DNA of 64,000 nucleotides from a virus. Positions 36,701 through 44,454 of this stretch are shown piece by piece (within the stretch, counting starts at the first letter, position 1; the number at the start of each line of letters is the position of its first letter). The notes under the pieces are model-generated. The model searched no databases and had not been told where the DNA came from. It was given only the letters and a program-made list of their open reading frames with translations. The DNA lies in IMG/VR virus record IMGVR_UViG_3300043478_000034. One strand, written 5' to 3'. The translations under genes were made by a program, and so were the position numbers.

Positions 36701-39700
36701 CAAGGCCAAGAACGCAGTGGTGGATTTTGCGACAAGCATCGCCGATGCGTGGGATACGATTGGCCATGGCGAGTCGCTGAAACTCGCAGTGGCCAAGGAA
36801 GGGAAGGTATTCAAGGGGCTACGTGACACCGTCTACGAGGAGTGGGCGCACGGGGGCCAGAACAAGGTCAAGATCAACCCGGATGATGTCAAGACGATCA
36901 CCAGCTCCCCGGAGTATCAAGCGGCCAGGAAGAACCTCGACCCCGGCTATACCGATAGTGACGCATTTGATGAGATCACCGCCAAGGCCATGTCCAACAG
37001 GGATCTCAAGCTGTCCATACGGCAGAACCTGACACTGGTGGAAATGTACCGGGACGCTATAGAAAGTGCCGGTGGGACTACTGCCATCAACGAGTTCACC
37101 CTACTGAAACCGGATACAAGGGAGGTATTCCAACGTGGCAAATCAGCCGCCGAAGTCGCAACCGCAGCAGAGGCCAGGGAGTCTGCGGCCCTCGCCGCCA
37201 AGGAAGCAGACGCAACCGCAGCCCTCGCAGCCCAGCGCACCACGCAGCCCCCGGGTGATGTCGGCCCCGCCGGGGTGGGACGAGGAGGCGATCAACAACT
37301 TCAACCGGGCGCAACTGGCGGCAGAAAAGGCAAGGCTGCTAGGGGAGGACCCGGACGAGGCGTTCCGCCAGAGTCTACTCCAGTCGTGGGGGAAGGAGGG
37401 CCAGGACCTGGACGCCCCGCAGGGGGAGACATTGCCCCAGGAACCCCCGCCCCAGTAGAGTCGCCGTTGAGGGCGCGTAAAGGTGAGGGGGAGGGTGAGT
37501 TAGTCACTAACCGGGGCAAGCAGGGGTTTAGTCTAGGTGCCCTTGAATCCAGCGATGCCAGCCCACATTCAATGGGATTCCTGGGGTCGCAATACGCCAG
37601 TGAGCAGGCACGCAAACTCTGGGACCATCTCAATACCCCCACTGATGCCAATGGGCGACCCATACCGCGACCGTCCAACTCCCCGTGGGCGACTGACGCA
37701 GAATACAACCGCGTCATGGGTGCATCTGTCGCAGAGCGTGAGGCGGCGGCAAAAGCGGGGAAACAAAGCTGGGCGAAGCGGGTATTCAATCAAGCGGCCC
37801 TGGATAAGTTTGTGTCGCGGCGGGTATCTACGACACGGGCCGTGCAGACGATCCAGAACCGCATTGCCAAGAAGACCGGGGAGACGCCATTACCGGGGGA
37901 CAAGGCGCGGGTGATATTCGATGACTCCACTGCGGCTAATGAAGAAGCCGAGACCCGTACCCGGGGTGTGATCAAAGGGATTATCAACAAGCACCTCAAG
38001 GGTCTCGATGGCAATGACGCGCAGACCAAGATGGAGCACGCTGGCATCTATGCCCAGGCATTGCAGGAGAGACAAGTAGAGATCAACACGCAGGGCAAGA
38101 AGGAATGGAAACGCCTAGTTGACGAGGAGAAGGCTGGGGCAGTGACCGCGAAACCCAGTGGCGACACCTATGCTGCCATTGACAAAGCCGCCGACGCTGG
38201 TGACGTCAATGCACGCATGATGCGTAACAACCATATGGCGATACTGGGCATGACCAAGTACCGGGAGGGGCTGGCGACGGGTGCCGTGGGTGAGCATTAC
38301 AAGCGGCCACTGGAGACGCTGGAGAGGGAGATTACGCAGGGGAAGAAATATCACCAGCCGATAGTGGACGATATACAGGCATACTTTAGGTCAATGCTAG
38401 ACGAGTCTGTTGCCGATGGGCGGCTGCGGCCAGAGTTGCGGGATACCCTCGTTCGCATGTACCCCGACTATGTACCTGTTGGCCGCATCATGGACGACAT
38501 CAACAGCAACGTGGAGTGGGGTAGTAGTCAACCCACTGGGCATCTCGCCCAACAGCGTAGTGTACGTATACTTGGTGGCGATAGTGATGCGCCTATCGAG
38601 GACATGTGGAAGTCGCTGGTCACCAAGACGTTCCACAACACCAAGGAAGCGAGGCGTAACACTGTAGGCAAGGAACTGTACCGCGTCTCCAAGGAGTACC
38701 AGGGGTGGGAGGGGTTTATTGAACGGGTCAAGCCCGAGGATGTCAAGGCGGGTAAGTATACTGGCAAGAACAAGCTGGACGAGACCAATAGCATTACGTT
38801 CCTGGAGAATGGCGAACCAGTTACCCTCAAGGTCGATCCCCTTATCGCCGCCGCCGCACGCAATCTCAAGCCTAATCAAATGGGGGGCCTGCTGGAGTTT
38901 GCGCGGGGATTTGCCCGGGTACTGCGTGGCACTGCGACAGGCGCGGCCAACCCATTATTCCAAATGGGCAACCTCGCCATGGACATTGGGACTAATGTGA
39001 TGAACACTGGGTTTAGCACCCTGTACAAGAAGCCGCTCAGTGCGACGTGGGATGTGGTCAAGGATACGGTAGGCAAGCACTCCGCTGACCTCGCTGAGTT
39101 GCGCTCCCACGGTGGCGCGTTCACCAGCATTGAGGCGTACCGGGATAACCCACTGCCTCAAATCAAATGGGAGGTGGCCCGGTCCCGCGAGGGTGCCAAG
39201 GCTAAGACCAAGGCTATCGCCAAGTATGCGTGGGAGAACAAGAGGGCGGCGGGATCGCAGTTCATTGCCGCTGTCGAGGACATGGCGGCTAAGACCGAGC
39301 TAATGGGACGACTGCGCGTATACACTACGGTGCGCGACCAAGCATTGGCTAAGGGGATGAGTAGGCAACAGGCTAACATTGCTGGGCTGGATGCGGCCCG
39401 TAACCAGATGGCCAACTACAGGCAAAGCGGCAGTGAGATGCAGAACTGGAATGCGGTGACCCCGTATCTCAATGCCGGGATACAGAACATTGCATCCTCA
39501 GTGGAAGCGGCACGCACGAATCCAGAACAGTTTGCACTGCGTGTGGCGTCCTATGTCGTGATGCCAACTATTGCTACCACTATCTACAACCTGTCCAACA
39601 AGGATAGACAGGAGGCTTACCTCGACGCCCAGGAGCACAACCTGGACGACAACTGGAGTGTGGTGAGACCGGGGGTGGTGGACGAGAATGGGTCGCGGCA

Positions 39701-40682
39701 GATGCTCAAGTGGCCCATACCCGGGCAGTATTCGCCACTGGTACGGGCGACACGTTACGCTATAGAGCAGGCGTGGCGGTATGCGCCTGATACGTTCAAT
39801 AGCATCGCGCAACAAATGGGGTTTGACACCAAGGCCAACGACTTCACTCCCCAGCTTGGCCCCGAGTACGACCACAAGCTACTGCCCAAGGTGGAGGGTC
39901 CGCTGGATGTGCTGACCGGGGTGGGGAACAAGGTTGCGCCGCAGGTATTCAAGGCAGTTACAGACATTACTAGTGGGGTACACCAGTTTAGCGGACGGCC
40001 ATTTGTACGCAAGGACCTGGAGAAGTTACCGTCTGAGTATCAGGTGGACAAGGATACGAGCAGGGCAGTGACGGCATTGGCACGGGCCGGGGGCGGATCG
40101 CCAGCATACCTCCAGGGGGCAATTACGTCACTAGGCGGACAGGGCATACCGCTGGGATTGAATGTCGCAGACTATGCTGTGCAGGGAGTGGGGCAACTAT
40201 TTGGGCGGGAACCTAGTGGGAAGCCGGGTGGGTTGTCGTTCGCCACCGGGTTGGAGAACAGGTTTCTAGCGGGGCGCGGCGGCAGGCTGGATACGCTGGA
40301 TAGGGACGACGTGCGGCGGCAGCAGGACGAGACGTATAAGGAACTGGCTGGTCAACTTAGCCCTGCCCAGGAGGAGATGCTGCGGCAGAATCGTACCAGC
40401 GTGCCGCCAGTGACTATCCAGGAGGGCGATACCCAGGAGGTGTTGGCATTGCGGCAGAAGGTCAAGGGCGTAATGTACAGTGCTCACTTGCAGTCGCTAT
40501 TGGATGACCCGGACTATGCCACGCTTGACCCGGCGACCAGGAAGGAAGTGATCAAGGAGCGCATGGATGCGGCGAGTCATTGGCTGAGTACACAGTCGAG
40601 TGCGAGTGGGAAACTTGATCCCGATGAGCGTGTCAACTACTGGCAGGGGGTTATGGCGCAGGTCGAGGCGGCGTACCGGTAG
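33798..40682 (+). CDS. giant virion-associated protein (2294 aa) with long Pro-rich linkers
   Basis: Uninterrupted ORF whose ATG abuts the upstream TAA. Low-complexity Pro/Gly tracts lie at about 34715-35984 and 37230-37499. It contains three in-frame palindrome copies. No enzymatic motif was recognised. Confidence 0.7.
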   Translation: MPAETYENLITRLRKADVNGDLKDFTDAELVTNAKQFDPKSFGEVVTPGEAAERSIMGRGGPAAMIPPPPAAAVTPIPGQDLVRAGREAGGSWLPGGVNDYLDRLKYSLVDSPIETARGVVGGALKGVGDLANLGNEAYAKAAGVVGGDRTDRVVGPALKAAGQWASGGDPNNPTFGTQAAELAGSIAPGAIPGLGAVGAAQKIVAPAKLLTRALTSGTAQGLAEGARTWLTPEEERVKGQRGALAETGVQGVIGVLSDAVAGKLVDRRLINSAVQAGLGYIGAAPGQEVQGAGIQWLLATLMHGKPPMAQPGPGAGPTAAATAAGLATPGPAGPAPATGHAGGAPSRPDAATMTDTVPKPAAFGMQDIVQPKGPQGVMPGIATPRPAADMGAALGTTPPDVTTGAVPPLGRPLGPPIPETGPAPGVWPPPPDYGTGPVPGIETGTLPPPRGPLVGPEPAPGPTPGTTPAPLPADLIGGFETATPAPARPAPDLMGGFFPGTPRPPVDQGGGPGTLTNDFYRDKDRPRPGQPVDIASFYQPPPRVGMLGSPADVGAVPSMEIGTGNLGQRGPAGSDTGYVPPGVPPGTTPAPPLPPNLREAPPAPPAPLPTGLPTPDSPFGRAVPPSPWPPLAPRTGTGLPMSLRPTTPDLPYGAASPLPRPVGAEPQPFGPQPAPRVTGRGAMEPPPPLAPVDGTLSPTQQQEMLDLTGGREAAPGVGETPVDPRDIGLVTNRPAPTTPEGMIIEDIDRPQGDTETANAPVGGAERRRRLLAERTKAKFADPNFVPPTKTPSMLVGKGGQVKKKVDASGDGDVVQRNSTLTNAYDVANQLAALRDPESQALLAELQQLLAEAERLAKASQARAKKSGWDPLDPLGINGGRNGPMLNPEETLQFTDEVLQDVKTQFKKRPGHTNTLYVNREAMDVIDSLFGGNMIDSTTHGANIKPHGRDMIQDRLMERFHMMNGLSPKAKNAVVDFATSIADAWDTIGHGESLKLAVAKEGKVFKGLRDTVYEEWAHGGQNKVKINPDDVKTITSSPEYQAARKNLDPGYTDSDAFDEITAKAMSNRDLKLSIRQNLTLVEMYRDAIESAGGTTAINEFTLLKPDTREVFQRGKSAAEVATAAEARESAALAAKEADATAALAAQRTTQPPGDVGPAGVGRGGDQQLQPGATGGRKGKAARGGPGRGVPPESTPVVGEGGPGPGRPAGGDIAPGTPAPVESPLRARKGEGEGELVTNRGKQGFSLGALESSDASPHSMGFLGSQYASEQARKLWDHLNTPTDANGRPIPRPSNSPWATDAEYNRVMGASVAEREAAAKAGKQSWAKRVFNQAALDKFVSRRVSTTRAVQTIQNRIAKKTGETPLPGDKARVIFDDSTAANEEAETRTRGVIKGIINKHLKGLDGNDAQTKMEHAGIYAQALQERQVEINTQGKKEWKRLVDEEKAGAVTAKPSGDTYAAIDKAADAGDVNARMMRNNHMAILGMTKYREGLATGAVGEHYKRPLETLEREITQGKKYHQPIVDDIQAYFRSMLDESVADGRLRPELRDTLVRMYPDYVPVGRIMDDINSNVEWGSSQPTGHLAQQRSVRILGGDSDAPIEDMWKSLVTKTFHNTKEARRNTVGKELYRVSKEYQGWEGFIERVKPEDVKAGKYTGKNKLDETNSITFLENGEPVTLKVDPLIAAAARNLKPNQMGGLLEFARGFARVLRGTATGAANPLFQMGNLAMDIGTNVMNTGFSTLYKKPLSATWDVVKDTVGKHSADLAELRSHGGAFTSIEAYRDNPLPQIKWEVARSREGAKAKTKAIAKYAWENKRAAGSQFIAAVEDMAAKTELMGRLRVYTTVRDQALAKGMSRQQANIAGLDAARNQMANYRQSGSEMQNWNAVTPYLNAGIQNIASSVEAARTNPEQFALRVASYVVMPTIATTIYNLSNKDRQEAYLDAQEHNLDDNWSVVRPGVVDENGSRQMLKWPIPGQYSPLVRATRYAIEQAWRYAPDTFNSIAQQMGFDTKANDFTPQLGPEYDHKLLPKVEGPLDVLTGVGNKVAPQVFKAVTDITSGVHQFSGRPFVRKDLEKLPSEYQVDKDTSRAVTALARAGGGSPAYLQGAITSLGGQGIPLGLNVADYAVQGVGQLFGREPSGKPGGLSFATGLENRFLAGRGGRLDTLDRDDVRRQQDETYKELAGQLSPAQEEMLRQNRTSVPPVTIQEGDTQEVLALRQKVKGVMYSAHLQSLLDDPDYATLDPATRKEVIKERMDAASHWLSTQSSASGKLDPDERVNYWQGVMAQVEAAYR
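33884..33896. repeat. GTTAGTNACTAAC palindrome, copy 23/42 (centre C)
   Basis: In frame (LVTN, aa 30-33 of the giant ORF). Confidence 0.95.
35984..35996. repeat. GTTAGTNACTAAC palindrome, copy 24/42 (centre G)
   Basis: In frame (LVTN, aa 730-733 of the giant ORF), at the end of the Pro-rich tract. Confidence 0.95.
37499..37511. repeat. GTTAGTNACTAAC palindrome, copy 25/42 (centre C)
   Basis: In frame (LVTN, aa 1235-1238 of the giant ORF), at the end of the second low-complexity tract. Confidence 0.95.
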
Positions 40683-40688
40683 GCGAGG

Positions 40689-40701
40689 GTTAGTGACTAA
40701 C
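40689..40701. repeat. GTTAGTNACTAAC palindrome, copy 26/42 (centre G)
   Basis: 6 nt after the stop at 40682. Confidence 0.95.
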
Positions 40702-40706
40702 CGCTG

Positions 40707-40715
40707 TGGTATAGT
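40707..40715 (+). promoter_or_regulatory. extended -10 element TGgTATAGT upstream of the PEP-CTERM gene
   Basis: It lies 5 nt after palindrome copy 40689-40701 and 60 nt before ATG 40776. Confidence 0.4.
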
Positions 40716-40775
40716 TGATGGACCGCTGGCCGGGAGATACTGAACGTTCTACATCCCTGCCAGCGGTAAGAAGGG

Positions 40776-41477
40776 ATGCACATGAAACGAATCATGCTTG
40801 TATTTTCGATGCTGGTACTAGCCAGTGTCAACCTGGGAGCGACCCTGCTGTCTACTCTCGTCGCCGGGGGGTCGTTGTCGAATGCCAACATCACGCTCGA
40901 CGACTTTGAGTTCACGCGCACCTGTGGCGGGATTGGCGTATGTGCCCCCCTGGATGCGTCTGGCATTGATGTCACGCTGGTGGGGAATAAGATCCACTTC
41001 GCGGGAGGCTTCACCGCCCTTAGTAACGGGGGTTTCGCCAGTGCCGACTTCCTCATCTCGTACAACCTCCAGTCAACGCTGGCTATCGGCGGGGTGGGGT
41101 TGCTGTTTAACGGGGCGGTAGTCGGTGACCAGTCCTTTGCCCAGGTGGTGGAGACTATTATTGCCACGGTGCCGTTCCTCCATATTGCGGGGCAGGCACA
41201 GGTCGATGCGCCGAGTGGACCGCTCCAGGATGTCGCCCTCCTCGACGGTGCATATACCAACCTGAAGATCACCAAGGATATATTTCTAGTTGGTAGTGAT
41301 AGTGAAGGACTTGGCTACGCAACCATTTCCCTCATTGACCAGTTCTATGCTGGACCTGGGGTGGACCCGTTTTGCGTGGGCGCGGAGTGCGAGGTGGTGC
41401 CCGAGCCTGCGACATATGCGATGCTGGGTGTTGGTCTCATTGGCCTCTACCTTGCCAAACGCCGCCGAGTAGTGTAG
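40776..41477 (+). CDS. PEP-CTERM sorting-domain secreted protein (moron)
   Basis: 233 aa. N-terminal signal peptide MKRIMLVFSMLVLASVNLGA. The C-terminus VPEPATYAMLGVGLIGLYLAKRRRVV has the PEP motif, a TM helix and a basic tail. Confidence 0.8.
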   Translation: MHMKRIMLVFSMLVLASVNLGATLLSTLVAGGSLSNANITLDDFEFTRTCGGIGVCAPLDASGIDVTLVGNKIHFAGGFTALSNGGFASADFLISYNLQSTLAIGGVGLLFNGAVVGDQSFAQVVETIIATVPFLHIAGQAQVDAPSGPLQDVALLDGAYTNLKITKDIFLVGSDSEGLGYATISLIDQFYAGPGVDPFCVGAECEVVPEPATYAMLGVGLIGLYLAKRRRVV

Positions 41478-41552
41478 TATAGACCAATCTCATCACGTTC
41501 ACCCCACATGGGGTGGTCACCTCTCCAGGGTGATTCTTAACAACTACGCCAC

Positions 41553-41607
41553 GGGCGGCTGGCTGGTGGTTTCCCTCATATTGCCCACTTGCCCAGCCGC
41601 CCTTTTT
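41553..41607 (+). terminator. putative terminator at the convergence point of the two arms
   Basis: A 10-bp stem (GGGCGGCTGG / CCAGCCGCCC) with a 30-nt loop is followed by TTTTT. Confidence 0.45.
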
Positions 41608-41620
41608 GTTAGTTACTAAC
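41608..41620. repeat. GTTAGTNACTAAC palindrome, copy 27/42 (centre T)
   Basis: At the convergent junction, between the terminator T-run and the polymerase stop (41623). Confidence 0.95.
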
Positions 41621-41622
41621 TG

Positions 41623-43131
41623 CTACTTCGTCCACCGGCTGGTCACCTTGCCCTCAGCGGCGACCGGGACGAGTAACTGGGTGTAGTCGTTGACCCTGGC
41701 CATACACTCCACGGTTGCGGCCTTCAACTCCTCGGCTATAGCTGTATCGCACTCTGATACAATCTCGTCATGAACCGGCATCAGAAAATTCACCTCGTAC
41801 CCGTCATCGCGGAACCGTTCGTAGACCCCGCGCAACGTCCACATGGCAATCTTGAGGAATGCGGAACCGGCAGATTGAATCGGCATATTACCCGCCTGCC
41901 TGACGCTCTCGGCTACTACTCGTTTCACAGCACTGCGTATACCATGGATGTACCGCACACTACCCATCAAGTCCCAGGTGAAGCCGTACTTACGCGCGCG
42001 ATACTCCTGCTCCCGCATGTAGGGCCGGATGGCGGCGAACACTTTGTGCCATGTTTCCTCGATGAACGCGATGGTCTGCTCCTTAGACCAGTAGATGCCA
42101 ATGAGGACAAGCTGGGCCTGCAACCCCATCCAGGTGATGCCGTAGACGATGCCGAAGTTGGCGTTCTTCATCCCGGCACGCATCGTCATGAACTCCTGTA
42201 TGGTGGGGATAGTGGCACCAGGGGTAATGGCGTAGATGGCCTTGGACTTCGGGTCGAAGGCCACCTTGTCTCGAATGCCCATCGCTTCAAGGGTGGACTC
42301 CGCATGTATGTCGCGGCCATCTATGAAGCACTGCATCATGAACGGGTCGGCAGACTCGCTGGCGAGGATACGTAGTTCTATTTGGCTATAGTCTGCGCCC
42401 ACCATGGACATGCCGTAGCTGGGCACAAACGCCGCACGCACTCTTGCCCCCATGGGGGATCTAATGGGGATGTTCATCAGGTTGGGGCGACGTCCAGCTA
42501 GTCTACCAGTGTCGGTGCGTGTCGCTACTATGGTCGAGTGAACTCTATTACTAGACTCACGATGAGTATGACCGCATACAGGACAATGACGGCCTTTAGG
42601 ATGGTGTCGGGCGATCCGCGGAAGTTTGAGGACATAGGTGGTGTATAGCTTATGAACTTCCCTGAAAGCTAGTATCTCCTGAATCGCTTCATGCTCGGCC
42701 TTGAGTGCTTCTAATTGTTTCTTACCTGTGGATATGCGTGACCCATCCGGGGTAGTGACTAACTCCTTACCCCTGCCTATGCCTAGGGTGTCGAATAGAA
42801 ACCATGCCACCTGTTCGGGGGAGGTGACCTTGAACCGGCTGGCTACCGATACCGACTCGTTACTCACCTCCCCCGCAGTCTCAGCATCGTCGCCGGTGTC
42901 ATCAACGTCGTTGCCGAGAAACTCTGCTAGCTTGTCGTGCGGAACCCGTCGCCGGACCCTAGCCGAGAGATCCTCCATAGTATCACGCATTTCCTCAGCT
43001 AATGTGCTAAGGTAGGGGACATCAATTGCCACCCCCAGGCGCATCATGTCTTCGATTGTGGGCATAGGGAGACGGTCGAGCGCCTGGGTGTTGGCAAAGC
43101 TGGGGTGGCGGACTCGCGATGGGATATACAT
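41623..43131 (-). CDS. DNA polymerase I family A, polymerase domain only
   Basis: Track ORF (GTG 43146) trimmed to ATG 43131. Motif A VGADYSQIELRILA. Motif B RAGMKNANFGIVYG. Motif C LMPVHDEIVSE. Also TGRLAGRRPNLMNIP. There is a CPVCGH insertion and no exonuclease domain. Confidence 0.85.
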   Translation of the reverse strand: MYIPSRVRHPSFANTQALDRLPMPTIEDMMRLGVAIDVPYLSTLAEEMRDTMEDLSARVRRRVPHDKLAEFLGNDVDDTGDDAETAGEVSNESVSVASRFKVTSPEQVAWFLFDTLGIGRGKELVTTPDGSRISTGKKQLEALKAEHEAIQEILAFREVHKLYTTYVLKLPRIARHHPKGRHCPVCGHTHRESSNRVHSTIVATRTDTGRLAGRRPNLMNIPIRSPMGARVRAAFVPSYGMSMVGADYSQIELRILASESADPFMMQCFIDGRDIHAESTLEAMGIRDKVAFDPKSKAIYAITPGATIPTIQEFMTMRAGMKNANFGIVYGITWMGLQAQLVLIGIYWSKEQTIAFIEETWHKVFAAIRPYMREQEYRARKYGFTWDLMGSVRYIHGIRSAVKRVVAESVRQAGNMPIQSAGSAFLKIAMWTLRGVYERFRDDGYEVNFLMPVHDEIVSECDTAIAEELKAATVECMARVNDYTQLLVPVAAEGKVTSRWTK

Positions 43132-43133
43132 AA

Positions 43134-43220
43134 CTAGTCGCGCCACTCCCGGCCAATGATGAACCCCAGGATGAAGCCCAGGATGAATACGCCAGTGAGG
43201 TAGGGGATAGAGATGTCCAT
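43134..43220 (-). CDS. 28-aa single-TM micro-ORF (MDISIPYLTGVFILGFILGFIIGREWRD)
   Basis: Hand-translated. Its ATG abuts palindrome copy 43221-43233. Its TAG lies 2 nt before the polymerase ATG. Confidence 0.3.
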   Translation of the reverse strand: MDISIPYLTGVFILGFILGFIIGREWRD

Positions 43221-43233
43221 GTTAGTCACTAAC
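43221..43233. repeat. GTTAGTNACTAAC palindrome, copy 28/42 (centre C)
   Basis: Contains the TAA stop of 43222..43776. It abuts ATG 43220. Confidence 0.95.
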
Positions 43234-43776
43234 TTCCACCACTGGGCATTTCCAGATAGAGACCTGTTTCATGTTCAAGCACTCCTCTAGTATTGGGCGC
43301 ACCTCATCTTCACTGAGACCCCCGTTGCCAATGCCAGGATAGTTGAGGCGCACCTTGGCCTTGGGGTGGGCGCGGCACCAGCGGTCGAGCATGACGCAGC
43401 TACGTTCAATGAGATCCAGTGATGCCTTGTCCTTGAATGACCGCTTCACCTGGAATGCCCCAATGTTGGGCACGACCCAGTCGCCGTCCTCGATCTCGAA
43501 CTTCGACCACACTATGCCATAGGGTTTCAAGTGCTCTATCTGGCGACCGAGATCGACATCTATACCGTCAATCTTCAATGCCAGTTGTTTCGCCGCACCC
43601 CTGCCCATGACGATGCTTTGATCTGTGCGCTTGTGGGCATTGGTGGTGACTAGTAGTGCATCACAGCGTTCCCAGTGGGCGTTGAACATGTCGCCTATCA
43701 CAGGGAATAGTGCATTGGTTGGCTTGACCCCATATGCCGCAACCTGGGCCAAGTGGGCTTTTTCTGCTGGTGTCAT
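43222..43776 (-). CDS. macro-domain-like protein (putative ADP-ribose binding/hydrolase)
   Basis: 184 aa. LLVTTNAH...MGRGAAKQLA and NYPGIGNGGLSEDEV resemble macro-domain signature segments (from memory). Confidence 0.5.
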   Translation of the reverse strand: MTPAEKAHLAQVAAYGVKPTNALFPVIGDMFNAHWERCDALLVTTNAHKRTDQSIVMGRGAAKQLALKIDGIDVDLGRQIEHLKPYGIVWSKFEIEDGDWVVPNIGAFQVKRSFKDKASLDLIERSCVMLDRWCRAHPKAKVRLNYPGIGNGGLSEDEVRPILEECLNMKQVSIWKCPVVEVSD

Positions 43777-43982
43777 AGTCTCTCACCTCCTTGCATCTTG
43801 GTAATACGGGCATTGATGGTCTGGAGCGCCACATCCAGCTTGACCATGTCTTCAGCCACGGCCTTGAGACCTTCCTCCAGGCGGTTGAGGCGTGCGGTTT
43901 GGACGGCGTTGGTGGAGATGGCCATGAGTAGCAGGACCCAGGAGATGACGGTGATCACAGCTAGCCAGGGGGTGGGTTTCAT
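43773..43982 (-). CDS. membrane-anchored coiled-coil protein
   Basis: 69 aa with an N-terminal TM helix (WLAVITVISWVLLLMAI). ATGA overlap with the upstream gene. Confidence 0.5.
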   Translation of the reverse strand: MKPTPWLAVITVISWVLLLMAISTNAVQTARLNRLEEGLKAVAEDMVKLDVALQTINARITKMQGGERL

Positions 43983-44194
43983 TGGGACATCCTTTCGATA
44001 GCCTTGCGTGCGTTGGCCTGTACTGTAATGCGGACTTGCAGTTCCTCGCGCACCTCGACCAGCGAGTCACTGGCATCCTGGATACGCCGGTAGATCTTGC
44101 GTTGTTCCATGGTGTTCAGCGCCAGATTCACCCCATCCATGGCGGCGATGGCCTCGCGGATGCGATTGAGTATTTCTCTATCGTCCATTACCAT
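43979..44194 (-). CDS. hypothetical helical protein
   Basis: 71-aa ORF, overlap-coupled to its neighbours. Confidence 0.5.
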   Translation of the reverse strand: MVMDDREILNRIREAIAAMDGVNLALNTMEQRKIYRRIQDASDSLVEVREELQVRITVQANARKAIERMSQ

Positions 44195-44343
44195 CTCTCC
44201 AATGCATCCATAAATTTCAAGTCAGGTACTACTTGGCCGCTGTACCTGCCGACTGTGGCATGGGCACCGACACGCACGGCGCACCACTTGACCAGGGTAC
44301 GTGGTAAGTGCCAAGCGACCCAGATATAGATCTTTTCCATCAT
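44188..44343 (-). CDS. hypothetical small protein (51 aa)
   Basis: Hand-translated: MMEKIYIWVAWHLPRTLVKWCAVRVGAHATVGRYSGQVVPDLKFMDALERW. The ATG is preceded by TAGGAGAACCAACCAC. Confidence 0.45.
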   Translation of the reverse strand: MMEKIYIWVAWHLPRTLVKWCAVRVGAHATVGRYSGQVVPDLKFMDALERW

Positions 44344-44441
44344 GTGGTTGGTTCTCCTATGGCTATAAGGGTAATGGGACGACGGCCACCCTTAACATGG
44401 CTTATCTCACCGCCCCCGCGCTGGCGTACATCCAGCGAACT

Positions 44442-44454
44442 GTTAGTGACTAAC
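44442..44454. repeat. GTTAGTNACTAAC palindrome, copy 29/42 (centre G)
   Basis: Contains the TAG stop of 44450..44923. Confidence 0.95.

Noticed and set aside
33798-40682. The giant ORF as an N4-like virion RNA polymerase.
   Set aside because: I could not find T7-like RNAP motifs (DxxGR, the RxxxK...YG B motif, the HD(S/A) C motif). Host-type sigma70 promoters are present, so no phage RNAP is needed to explain transcription. It remains 'unknown function'.
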